Source of the DNA: Squalus acanthias
Taxonomy: Eukaryota
Assembly (NCBI GenBank): GCA_030390025.1
Contig: CM059447.1
Span: forward strand, 3,472,001-3,536,000
DNA: 64,000 nt
Direction: 5' to 3'
The position numbers and the translations under genes are program-made. Positions 1 through 11,833 of the stretch are shown here, in pieces. The notes beneath the pieces were generated by a model, which was given only the letters and a program-made list of their open reading frames with translations, was not told the origin of the DNA and did no database searches. How positions within the stretch are numbered: position 1 is the first letter of the stretch; the number at the start of each line of letters is the position of its first letter.

Positions 1-607
1 GGCAGGCTTTCAGTATTGGGTGGGAAGGTGGGCAGTAAAGCCAGGACTGATCTAGTCTCACCTGATGTCCACACAAATGTATTTGCTAGCTGGAGTTATT
101 CGATAATGATCAGGAGCAGCAACCCTGACTTATTCTATTCATCTCCCTAGTCTGGGGCACTGAGCCTGATCATAGGGCTGCTACTGCCTGAAGCTATGTT
201 ATGTAGCATGCATAATTTTATTTTCCAACACTAAAAGGCTTAAGCACACTAGAATTGTGATGTTCTTGTGCATCAAAAGTTGCACATTTCTAAATATCAG
301 ATTTGCTCTTCAGGTTAATGTGTATGCCGTTTTACAGGAACGCTGTGATAAGTGCACAACAAATTGTGGCAACATTGCACATACAACAATAGTACCTTGT
401 TCTTGTGCAATTAGCCTACCTTAAGCTATCTTATTTTGTTACTTGTGTTGCACAAAAGGTTTACGCCCATGTCATGGTATGAAAATGGAATACATGCTAC
501 ATTATGGATTGCACAGTACTTCCAGATGCTCACATTCAGAATCTTGTATAGTTACACACTTTATGAAGTGCCTTGGGACATTTTTCTTATATTAGAAGCA
601 ATATATT

Positions 608-1077
608 GAGTGTCAGCTGTGGCTCAGTGGGTAGCACTCTCTCGCCTCTGCGCCAGAAGGTTGTGGGTTCAAGTCCCACTCCAGAGACTTGAACACAAAA
701 ATCTAGACTGACACTCCAGTGCAGTGCTGAGGGAGCGCTGCACTGTCAGTGGTGCTGTCTTTTGGATGAGATGTTCAACCGAGGCCCTGTCTGCTCTCCC
801 AGGTGGACATAAAAGATCCCATGGCACTATTTTGAAGACGAGCAGGGGAGTTATCCCCGGTGTCCTGGCAAATATTTATCCTTCACTCAACATAACAAAA
901 AGACATTATCTGGTCGTTATCACATTGCTGTTTGTGGGAACTTGCTGTGAGCAAATTGGCTACCACGTTTCCTACATTACAACAGTGACTACACTTCAAA
1001 AGTACTTCATTGGCTGTAACGTGCTTTGGGACATCCGGTGGTCGTGAAAGGCGCTACATTAATGCAAGTCTTTCTTT
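608..1077 (+). mobile_element. SacSINE1-like DeuSINE (tRNA head, Deu domain, L2-type tail)
   Basis: A/B boxes TGGCTCAGTGG and GGTTCAAGTCC. Deu-like core GGATGAGATGTTCAACCGAGG...AAAGATCCCATGGCAC...GGTGTCCTGGC. Tail GGCGCTACATTAATGCAAGTCTTTC. Confidence 0.85.
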
Positions 1078-2603
1078 ATATAAATGCAAGTTGTTGATGG
1101 CTTTGGGATTACTATGTAATGGGGCTGAGATCATTTGTAGTCAAGAGGCTTGGGGCATGTGGGGTAGGGGTTTCATTAGGTGGGAGGTTTTTTTCAATGA
1201 AGTAATGGTTAAGCTTTACGTTACCTGGTGTGCTAACATTGCTGAGGCAATAGACTTTTTTGTTCTTCCAGTTTTCCTCCTTCTCCTGACAGTTAATTTA
1301 TGCTAGTGCATAGTTCTATAAGCATTGGCTGTTGCACTGAAGTGGACATTATTCACTTGACCTGCACACGTGCACTTTCCAGCAGGAGGCACTGGATAGT
1401 GCCCAGGAGTAGAAACCTTGTCTAATTTTACCCTTTTGTAGGCTCGGGACGCTAAGTCCAGTTTTAGTAACCCTACTGCCTCCCTGGCTAATATCAAGAC
1501 AGATTAGGGATAGAACCAAAGGCCTACCTAGACTGCAGGTCTCTGTGCCACGCTGGATTGTGAAAAATGACCTCACAAATTTAAACTTACCCAAGTGTGC
1601 TGTTGTTTGGGTGAATGAAGTGGTACTTGTTCAAAATGCCAAAGGGTTTGCAACTGCACAGTACTGTTTACATTTTAAATCAGTAATTTTGAGTTTTCTT
1701 GACATCTATTCCTCCTCCACCGCCCCCCTCACCCCAAGTCAGTGAAATAATACCAGTTTAGAAAAAAATCATAAGCCAGAAGGAAAAGACTGAGATGGGA
1801 TGAGGCACCGTTTTGATGACCACTTTTATATAATTGTGTATAAGGTGACGCACATACACGATCCAACATTCCAGTCAACAAAAACCTGGAGGGAAAAAAA
1901 AATCTATGACCCATGTATAAAACTCTCCAGAGAGTGGGACATTTCAATTTGGCATGCTTCCATTGCTGTATACGGATGGGGGAGGGGGCAGCACTGAAGA
2001 TTGCAGAATAGACACAAGAGGGGGACTGGACCAGCAGGTGAATGTGCTCCCTAGGGTGAGCTAAAGTACTATACCCCTCAAGAACTCTCGCATTAGATGA
2101 CTCTGCCCCAGACTTTCAACCCCCCCCCCCCCCCCCCCAAAAACAGGCTTAAATGTAAGCGTTTTGCATGAACGTGTTTTAAAACCACCACCTCCAGAGG
2201 AAGAAATCTTAGTGAATCTTCTTGCATTTTCTAGCAGTACCATCTCTAGCAAAGTTGTAGTGATTTTGATCATCTTAAAATGAAGATGTAGCCCAAAGTT
2301 GTAAACGGCATTCTCGAGATATTTTAAAATGTGATTTTATTTATTTCACTACTACTATGCAAATTGAGTCTAAAGCTGAAGATTAATTCTTGTGTATTTG
2401 CTGAAGTATTCTCTTTCTTGGTCTTGTTATCCAATCAATTGTTTACTTCATGAGACCACCATTGAGCATTTCAATATTACATTGGAAATATCTTTACTCT
2501 CCACAAGACTGCTTGTCTTTTAAAGTGTTCATTCTCTGGGAAGACATTGTAGTTCTGCCTGTGAATTTCTCTGCAATCATGTTATGATCAGCTGACTAGG
2601 GGC

Positions 2604-3530
2604 ATGCTTGTAGCAGAGTTACTCTATCTTCCATGGTTGAGGGAGGAGCAGGGGTCTCCTGGAGGAGATGAGCTAGATGAGGGCAGGAGGGGAGAAAGGG
2701 CAAAAACAGCAAAACTATGAATGTTTAAAGCTAGATTGGGTCGGAGAATGGGGGAGGTTGGGTTTTTTGAGGGAAAGGAAGGGGAGGAAACGGAGACAGC
2801 TGCAAGGTAAAGGGGAAAAAAAACCATGAGCTCCTTCTCGTTATTTGTCCTCAACGGTGGACTGGGTGGGGAGAGTTGTTTTAAGGAGGCAGTTGGTGTG
2901 GTGAGAAAAGAAGCCACGAGTTATCCTTGCCTTCCAGGATCATCCTGGAGTTTCAAGGGGTTTTGGCTCGGAGTGAAGCACAGTAATGCTTAGCTTGGGC
3001 AAGCCAGATCAGACGATTGCTGACTAAGCTAGTTGTATTCCTTGTATGCTTGACTTTGTGTACCACTGACCTTAAGGGAGGGGAAAATGGAGGCTGTACT
3101 ATGGGAATGACATGGTGAGAGACACTGACACATTTTCTGGGAGCAAAGACATTAAACACAAATGATGGCGCAGGTCATCAGTGACAGAAGTGTCTTGATG
3201 TATTACCAAATGCGAGTGAGTTTGTGATGCAGCTGGGAAGAGTTTTGCCATGGGTGGATAGTGAGAATAGTGGGATTGGAGGGGAGTAAAGGGTGTGGTC
3301 AGAGATGGCATTGTTGGTGATCAAGATTGTGGGTGCAGAGAGATGATGAGGTTAAGGGCTTGGCCAAAGATATGGATGGAGGAGCTTATTTGAAGGGTGA
3401 GATTGAGAGAGGATGGGAGGGTGGCTAGAGGAGTTGAAGTGTAGATTGAACTCTCCTCGGTGTAGGAAAGGGAGGGCATCTCAGTAAGCAAGTTAGCATG
3501 AGGCTTGGGGAGGGGAACGATAGTAAATGA
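2604..3530 (-). mobile_element. Highly decayed LINE (probably L2 ORF2)
   Basis: Purine-rich plus strand typical of antisense L2; only weak motif remnants. Confidence 0.45.
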
Positions 3531-4900
3531 GAATTTTAAATGAGAGTTGTGCGAGATGGAAGAGTGAGGGCCAAGAGGAAAATGGCAGCCAAGATGTGAA
3601 TAACATCATAATTCAAGGTAGTGATTCTTAATGTGGAGAGAGCTACAAAGCATGAGAAAAATAATTTTAAAAAGGGAACAAATGATAAATAGACTCCCAA
3701 GAAAGTTCTATATTTTGTGCCTAGAGCAATCTGATTCCATGCGGGGCTGCTTAAGTTAAAATTATAAATCGTGCTAACACTTAAGCCTAGGATTTCTGAT
3801 TGGTATTTTAATGCTGGTGTTAACCTGTTTAAAATGAAAGGGTTAATGCTGGTAAAATAAAGTTGATTGGAAAATCTAGACTCCAGTACTGTGTGCACAG
3901 CACATTTTTGTAAAGATGGACTTCATTCATGTTAAGTTCATATCAATGGAATGTATATTGTGAAACTGAACCCACAAGGGCTGATGTGCATGCATGTTTT
4001 CCTGATACATGATGCCAAAATTTGGAGATACTTTGGATTTAGTTGAAAGTCTGACTCCAGTGATAGTTATGTTTCTACTTTAGACTGTCTTTTAAACATG
4101 CACATCCTAATGGGTTTTAGTTTATTGCTTGTTTTCTCCAGTGATCGACCAAGTATGTGTCTATTAAAGATGCAGTTTAATAAAAAAAAAGTGATGTTAG
4201 TCTGGTTGTCATAATATTGGAGTGTTTACTGTGAGACCCTGGTTCAATTATGCAGTCCATTGGTGTTAGGGTTTTCCCTTTAGGGCAAATTTTTCTAGTC
4301 TGATCTGCCCGAGATAGGGTATAATTTTCATTCTTCCCTTCCCACCCCACTAAAGATTGCTGTTGATTCAATCAACAAGAAATATTTGATGTTTCTGGAG
4401 GTGTCTGTGGGCTGGGTCATTCTCCTAACTTGTCTAGAGAGAAGTGAAGAAAACATTTTAATAATCAAAGACCACTTACTCTGGCAAAAATTATAAATAT
4501 TTATGCATGCTTCCTAGTAAATATGTTCCCTTGCCTTGCATCACAGATTTTTTTTTTTCTGTTACTCATTGCATAACTTGAAACATGGATAGTACTCGAC
4601 CAGTATGAGAGAGTACAGTATTTGGGATTTTAAAATCAAATTCCAGGACTGATTGAAATGTCTGGTATCAGAGTTGGTTGTCTGAATATTCCGAAGAAAT
4701 AAAAGTTTGCTGTGAGCTTTCTTCACAATGTTTATAAGGAACAAAGATCCCAGTAGCCTACATGTCCCAATGCCCTTTGTTTTCTTCAGGCCAGAATGCA
4801 CATTTTAAACCTGGTCTTATGTTAAATTGGTGAAATGTGGCAACCTAAAATGGTATAATCCTAATTTTCTAACAAGCTCCAGTTAATGTTGGTAGCATAT

Positions 4901-5646
4901 ACAACAACAACAACAGCTTGCATTTATATAATGTCTTTAACGTAGTAAAACATTCCAAGGTGCTTCAAAGGAGCGTTATCAAACATCATTTGACACCGAA
5001 CTACATGAGTTATTAGGACAGGTGACCAAAAGCTTGGTCCAAGAGATAGGTTGTAAGGAGTTTCTTAAGGGAGGGGAGAGAGAGGTATGGGGGTGGAGAG
5101 GCTTAGGGGGGGAATTCAGAGCTTCATGCCTTGGCAGCTGAAGGCACGGCCGCTGGGACGATTAAAATCGGGGATGTGCAAGAGGCCAGAATTGGAGGAG
5201 GGCAGAGATTTCAGAGGGTTGTAGGGCTGGAGGAGGTTACAGAGATAGGGAGGGGCGAGTCCATGGAGGGATTTGAAAACCAGGGTCAGAATTTTAAAAT
5301 CAAGGTGTTGCCGGACCGGGAGACAATACAGGTCAGTGAGTACAGGGGTGATGGGTGAATGTTACTTGGTGGGCGTTAGGATACGGGCAGCAGAGTTTTA
5401 GACGGGTTCAAGTTTATGGAGGGTGGAAGATGGGAGGCCGGCCAGGGGAGCACTCGAATAGTCCAGTCTCGAGGTAACAAAGGCACGGATGAGGGTTTTA
5501 GCAGCAGATGATCTAAGGCGGGGCAGAGAAGGGCGATGTTACGGAGGTGGAAGTAGGCGGTCTTGGTGATGGAGCGTATATGTGGTCGGAAGCTCATCTC
5601 TGGTTCAAATAGGACACCAAGGTTACGAACATTCTGTTTCAGCCTC
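4901..5646 (-). mobile_element. L2 LINE 3' fragment
   Basis: VRNLGVLFEPEMSFRPHIRSITKTAYFHLRNI; (TTG)n tail. Confidence 0.88.
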
Positions 5647-7520
5647 GTACAGTGAACGAGGAGAGATACTGAGAAGATGCACATGTTAATGTATGTCAAA
5701 GTGTATTACAGTATTTCCAATTGTGTATCAAAATAATCCAGGAAGAGGATGAAATTCATTTCTTATGGCCACTGATGAGTTGAGTAATTTAAAGCACTTT
5801 TAACTCAATTATGCAACTTAATCTAATTGCTAAGTAAAAAAGAAAAAAAAACTTTTGTCTTTTTACATATTCATTTTTAGAACAGTAAATACATAATGTG
5901 CCAACTGTATACACACTTCCAGTCACAATCAGTATAGATGAGCGGAGGCCATTTGACCCATCCAGTTTATCCTTCCATAAGGATTGACAGTTCTCCACTC
6001 AACTGCCTCCTTAATGACTCCAGAGTTTTTGCTACCAATATCCTACCTGTAAGATAATTCCTGGTATTAATCACTCTGTGAAAGAGAGCTTCGTGACTTC
6101 ATTGCTGAACTTGCCTATACCTGTGGCCCCTTGTGGTTTAACTTGAAATAGTGCTCTGGATTAACCATTTGTACTCCCAACTATTCTCTTGTATTCCTCC
6201 TATAATGTCTACTCTCATTTGCCTCCTTTTCAAGACCAAAAGTTTTTTTTTCTCTTTAATAACTCAGCCCTCTGACAGTAGTGATCAACCTGTGGCCCTT
6301 TTCTACATAATTTGGACTGGCGCTGATTCCAGTGTAAGTTGGGGAGAGCAGTGCATGAATGTCTTGGATCTCCATTTAGGTACCATACTCAAGTCCCAAC
6401 ACTAAGTTAAAAGTGCCTTATGGTACAGGATTGATTTTATCTTTGGTAAGATGTCACTCAGTTGTGAAAACTGTTTCAATTGTGAATAAAAGAAGGGGCT
6501 GATATTTACTTTGAAGTAATGACCATGATTTTGCAGCTGGCATTCCAATAGTTTTCCCTATGAAGGAGTCCCTATTTCACATTCTGCTATTGGACCAACC
6601 ATGAAATTCCAGGAATGCTGCTAAACAAATCTATAACTTGCATGTTGGTGTCCTAATGAGTGCAAGCATCTGTACTGCTTTCTGCTATTGTCAACACCAG
6701 TCAGAAATCCACCTGCTGCTACTAGCACATAGATATACTCAAGTGGAGAATCTGATGTACTGAGGTGTCTGTATTTTCACCACCCAATTCTTTGCCCTTC
6801 ATACTGTGTTTTGTCCTAGCTGATAATTGTCTTCTCGGCTTGTTTATTTTTTTTCTCAAGCATTGTTATTTTTTTTATTAAAGATCAACCCTAGATTTAG
6901 GGGAGTGAGGAGTTGGTGGGAGAACATATAAAGTTAAAAGAAAAATGAATAATAAAGGGGAATTTGATGGTGAAAAGATGAGTTTAAAAAAAAAGGAATA
7001 TGTCTTTTCTTTCTCCTTGCATCTGATCTACTTTCTGGAGATGGGAGGTCATGAGATTCCACTCTTTGACACACACAATCCAAGTTGTTTTTTTTTGTAA
7101 CAGTAAGTTCTGCTGTGGATGAAGTGCACTTTCAAAGTAAAGGACATCCACCTGGCAAGCACTTCTAATCAATGTTTAAGCTGGGAAGAACATATTCTTA
7201 AATTAACCTGGAATTTAAAAAAAAATTATTTAGCCACATGGACTGAAAGTAAGGCATTCAGTCAAGCATGAATTAAGCAAACAACACTAGTGTGTCTTAT
7301 GATGATGGTGGCGAGATATCTTGGGAATGTCATCTGATTTTTTCCTTCCAAAAATGTCTTCCACACTTGGGAGATGAAAAATTGACTTCCACAAGGACAT
7401 TAATCACTTTTCTGATTAAATGCTCGGGTGCAAAAAATATTTGGTTAAGACAACCAGTTACAGTAATGTAAACGTGGAGAATTGCCTTCCACATTTGCAC
7501 TTGAAGTCAGTATGAATATT

Positions 7521-8283
7521 GGCCCAGAAATTCGGCTCCCTGGTTTCCCGCGGGTGCAAGGATTGCGCGCGCACCTACCTACCACGCCTGCCGTTGACCT
7601 CTGGGCCCACGGGGACTTCAGCTCCTGGGCCTTCTGCAGCTGCCGGCGCGCAGCGCTTGTGTATCCCAGGGGCGTAGTTAGTGCGATGCGTCCCCTGGGA
7701 TCACGTGGGCCATGGAGAGCCAATGGCAGCAGACCATCTTTCATTCATAGATTTGACAGGAAGACCTGTCAAATCTATGAATTGAAATTGGCCCCAAAAC
7801 AACAATTAAACTTCAAATAAATTTAAAAAAAAACCCATCACATTTTAAAAATAACTAAGTTAAATAAATTAACTACTTTAAACAAAAATTTTAATTTTTG
7901 AAAAAATTAAAATACTTTTTAACAGTGCTATAAATAAACTTACCTTTTAAAGTATCTAAAAAAGATAAACCTGTTGAAAATTTTTTAAAATTGTAATTAA
8001 TTAACCACTTACCTTGTTAAAAATGGGTCTTGCGCCTCCTTTTTAAAAGTGCAGCTTCTTCCATACTTACCTTCCCGGAGAAACCTGAAAAAAAAAACGA
8101 AGTTCGCTGCGTGTGCGCAGCCTCTCCCGCACACGCGGTTCACCTCTGAACCCCTCCCTTCAGGAGAACGGAAGTTCCGGTTTCCCGCGCATGCGCAGTG
8201 CATGCAGGAAACCGGCACTTCAGGAGGCCTTACGGGTGAGTACACAGCGCGTACTCACCCGGCAAGTGCCTAATTTCTGGCCC
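7521..8283. mobile_element. Non-autonomous TIR element (PIF/Harbinger-like)
   Basis: TIR GG(C/G)CCAGAAATT, ATT duplicated at both flanks, AT-rich core, internal palindromes. Confidence 0.75.
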
Positions 8284-8529
8284 ATTAAGTTAAATACAGT
8301 ATTCTATGTGGTAACACAATACAGCTTCCTGTGACTCGAACTTTATTGCATCACTTCCTGTGATTAGTCCAGGATAAATACTGGACTGAGCAGTTGGATC
8401 CTGGAGAGGCATAGAGTAAGACCTCTTTTGTATGTAGCACCTTTTTAGTTGATTAAAGCTTACTTTAAGTTCACCACGCGTAAGGCTCATTCTTACGACA
8501 TTCTATAAATGCACTTAGTGTAGTATTTA

Positions 8530-8940
8530 ATTGTTTTTATGGGTTCAAGCCTCTCTGCAAGCCCTGAGCACATAATCTAGGCCTGTGCTTCAGTGCAGTG
8601 CTTGGAGTGCTGCATTGCCTAGGTGCATTTTTTCTTTCAGATGAGACTTCAAACCAAGGCTGAGTTTGCTTGTTCCAGTGGTTCAAGTTTCGTGAAAGTT
8701 TCCATGCTCTATTTGAAGAAGAGCAGGGTGTAATTTGTCAGTTTTTCTCCCATAATTAGCACCAACAAAAGGAGATTTACTGGTCACTCATCTCACTTGC
8801 TTTTGTTGAACCTGTTGTGTTCAGTTTGGCTGCCATGTTTGCCAAATATATAATAGTGACAGCATTTCAAAAAGTAATTCACTTCGATGTCCTGAGGACA
8901 TGATAAAGCACTCTATAAATGTAAGTGCTTTCTCTTTATT
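8530..8940 (+). mobile_element. Degenerate SacSINE1-like copy
   Basis: Colinear similarity to 608-1077. Confidence 0.65.
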
Positions 8941-11548
8941 TATTTTAAATTATGTGAAACCCGTGTGAGCATAACTGGTTCCCGACGTTTGGGTCATGCA
9001 CAGCTGACTGCAACCCAGGAGTAAATCTGTCAGGATTTGTTAAATCCGGCAGCTGGAAGACCAATTTTTCCCATTTTCTTACCACACTACAAAGTGAAGC
9101 TGAATGTGCGTTGATGTTCTTTGTCCTTTGTCCATCAACACTAATGTAGATTGATCTTTTAAACAAATTTTAGTGGCAGTCCTCTGGTAAGAGCTTAATT
9201 TTTATACTGAACCAAGTGGGCAGAAATTGGATGTAAAAGGGAACTGCTCCACTGTCTGGTTCAGTTGTTAACGATTATGTAGCGCACCATTAATCCAACT
9301 GAAAATATGGAAAATAGCCTGTGTTTATTCACTAGGCTGAGACAAGAAATAGTGGGCTACCTTTATTTTTGTTTTTTTGATTGTGACCTCTAAAAATTTA
9401 GCCACATAGAAGAGAATGGTGTTCGTTTGAATTTTGGCTAAAACCCACAAAAATAGTTGTGTTTGAAACCATAAAATAATTCACATTTTATTTTAGTCTA
9501 AAACATTTGTTTGCTTTCCTTGTAAATTATAATTTGGGAGTAAATTTCTCTGGTGCTGATAATGGAACTGATTTGAGGCGTTGCAAGCTCATATGACCAT
9601 GGTATTCTGTTGATTCAGTATGGCAGTTTTAATTTTGTCGTTTTTATAAAACATCGATTGGGAAAGGAGCTTATTAGTGTTTGCATTCTTTCTTTTCTTT
9701 CTGAACATAACGAGGCTATTTGTGTATGAAATAATCAAGAGACATCTGTCTTCTCCCACCCTCGCATTGTTTGGAAAATAATGAATTATTATAATATGCT
9801 TGACAATTTGGATTATTCAAAATGTAAAATATACTGGGCATAAAATTTACCTATGATTGTAAATTCATTCTTGATAAATGTGCAGTAATGGTGTCCCAAT
9901 AGTTAATCATTCACCTTGAGTGTCATCACGCATCAATGACATGGAACATGCTGGCAGTCTGGAGTGTTAGCTGTTATTGGCTCAAAACCAGGCCAAAAAT
10001 TGAATTAAGCCACTCTAAAATTAACAGACTGTATTATTAAAGTTTAAAAAAAGCTTTGATTTTGAAGCAGTAATCAAATCTTGGGGTGTCAGATAACTTG
10101 CAATTTTGACGTGACGTGACTTCCTCAATTGGATTGCTGCCTTTTGATTTACTCCCGGTATTTGTTCTTTTATGTAATTGTATTCTCCCAGCCTTCGTAA
10201 TGAACAGCAGTAGTCTTTTAAAACTCTGGTAACTAAAGGATCTTTTGCCAAAATGCTCAAAGGCTTACAGTTTTTAAAAAATATATATACTTTTTATGTT
10301 GCTTCTCAATGGACTGTTCACTGGTGGTGTAATTGACTGAATCTGTCAGGTTCTTTGTATTCTCTATTCAATCACCATCATCCTGTGGAATAATGCAACT
10401 TTAACTGGTTGTTTATGCTGTGCAGTAAAGATTTTAAACTTCCAAGTGATTCAAGCTGTTGGTTTGAAAAATATTTTCTTGGGTTTGCTGATACATTAAT
10501 TCACATTTAATTCATTTTTGTAACATCTTTGACTGGTTTAAATTAATTCATGTAAAATGTATTGATTGGGCTGCTGTTTGTGAGGGATGATGATTGCTGA
10601 AGTGGAAATTGTTCCACTTTTCCAATACTGAAGCCAGTATAGAATATTGGCAGGTTAGGTATGGAACATTTTAGTGGCACCATTAGGATAGCTGCTCAAC
10701 AATGCAGCCACAACCACTCTATCACCTTCAAAATAAATCTCGGATTGAACAATATATGTTACTTAGTACAGAAAGCTAAATGAGGCTGTCTATTGAAACC
10801 CAGAATTCAAAATCCAAGATATATTCAGATTTATTGAAATTTGTCCAATTAGAATGAATTTGGCCTTTGGCTGTTGAGTCTATCGTAGGTGAATCCTAGG
10901 AAGGTTGTTATGATGGATAAAGCTTGAAGGTGTTTATAATACTGATTCGCACCATGAAATCTTAGTTTTTCTTTTTTTTTTGACCAATTTCTTCCCTTCC
11001 CTCTGCTCTTAAACTGGTCGACAACTTTGTGGGCAATCGTTCCATGGTTGTTGGTCATCCTCTGGTATTTTGCCATTTTTCATCTGCAAGTCTCGACGTT
11101 GATTGTTGGCAGGCTGTTCAACTTCAGTGACACTGCACTCGAGCTCAAGTCTCTCTTCACCCAAAATCCACGCATTTCCAGCAGCAGTTGCTGGGTAGTA
11201 ATCAAGCGCAGGAATCTCAGTTCTCCTCAAACTCCTCCCTCCCTAACCCAGCTCATTGTATTGCTGCTACCACTGCTCTGGCTGCATAGACTATGGATGA
11301 ATCTGGGACCATCCTAGTCTGTATGGCTCAGTTGTTCCAATATTAACCAGCTGACCCAACAGGGAGGAGTTGGGGGGAAGGGGGAATTGGCTTCTCATTT
11401 TCTAAATTTAAATTTGGCACCCAAGTTTAAAAAAAAAACCCCACTGATGCAATTGTGTTAGGATAGCGCACATCAGATACGTAGCTGTGTAAAGTAATTT
11501 GCACAGCAGTTTATTTTAAAAGTATGGCCGAGTGCTTTTTTTGTGGTA

Positions 11549-11833
11549 CAGGTTGAGCGTCCCGAATCCGGCAACCTTGGGACCAAGGCTGAGCCGGTTT
11601 TCGGGTTTTTTCGGACTTCGGAACATGTTTCTGATGTCCGAAGTCCGGAAACGCCCGAGCCCAGGTTGCGATAATTCCGGACATCAGAAACACATGCCGA
11701 GTCCGGAAATGCCTGGGCCCAGGTTGTGTTTTATGTAAGCCCCCCCTCGTTGTCCGGATTCCGGAACATTTTATGGATTCTGGACCCCTGCCACCAATTG
11801 TTCCGGAACTCCGGATTTGGGACGCTCAACCTG
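11549..11833. mobile_element. Tc1/mariner Tigger-type MITE
   Basis: TIR CAGGTTGAGCGTCCC(G/A)AATCCGG at both ends, TA duplicated at 11547-11548 and 11834-11835; resembles Tigger4-type ends. Confidence 0.9.

Noticed and set aside
608-690. tRNA-like sequences (also 17094 and 44929)
   Set aside because: These are SINE heads, not tRNA genes.
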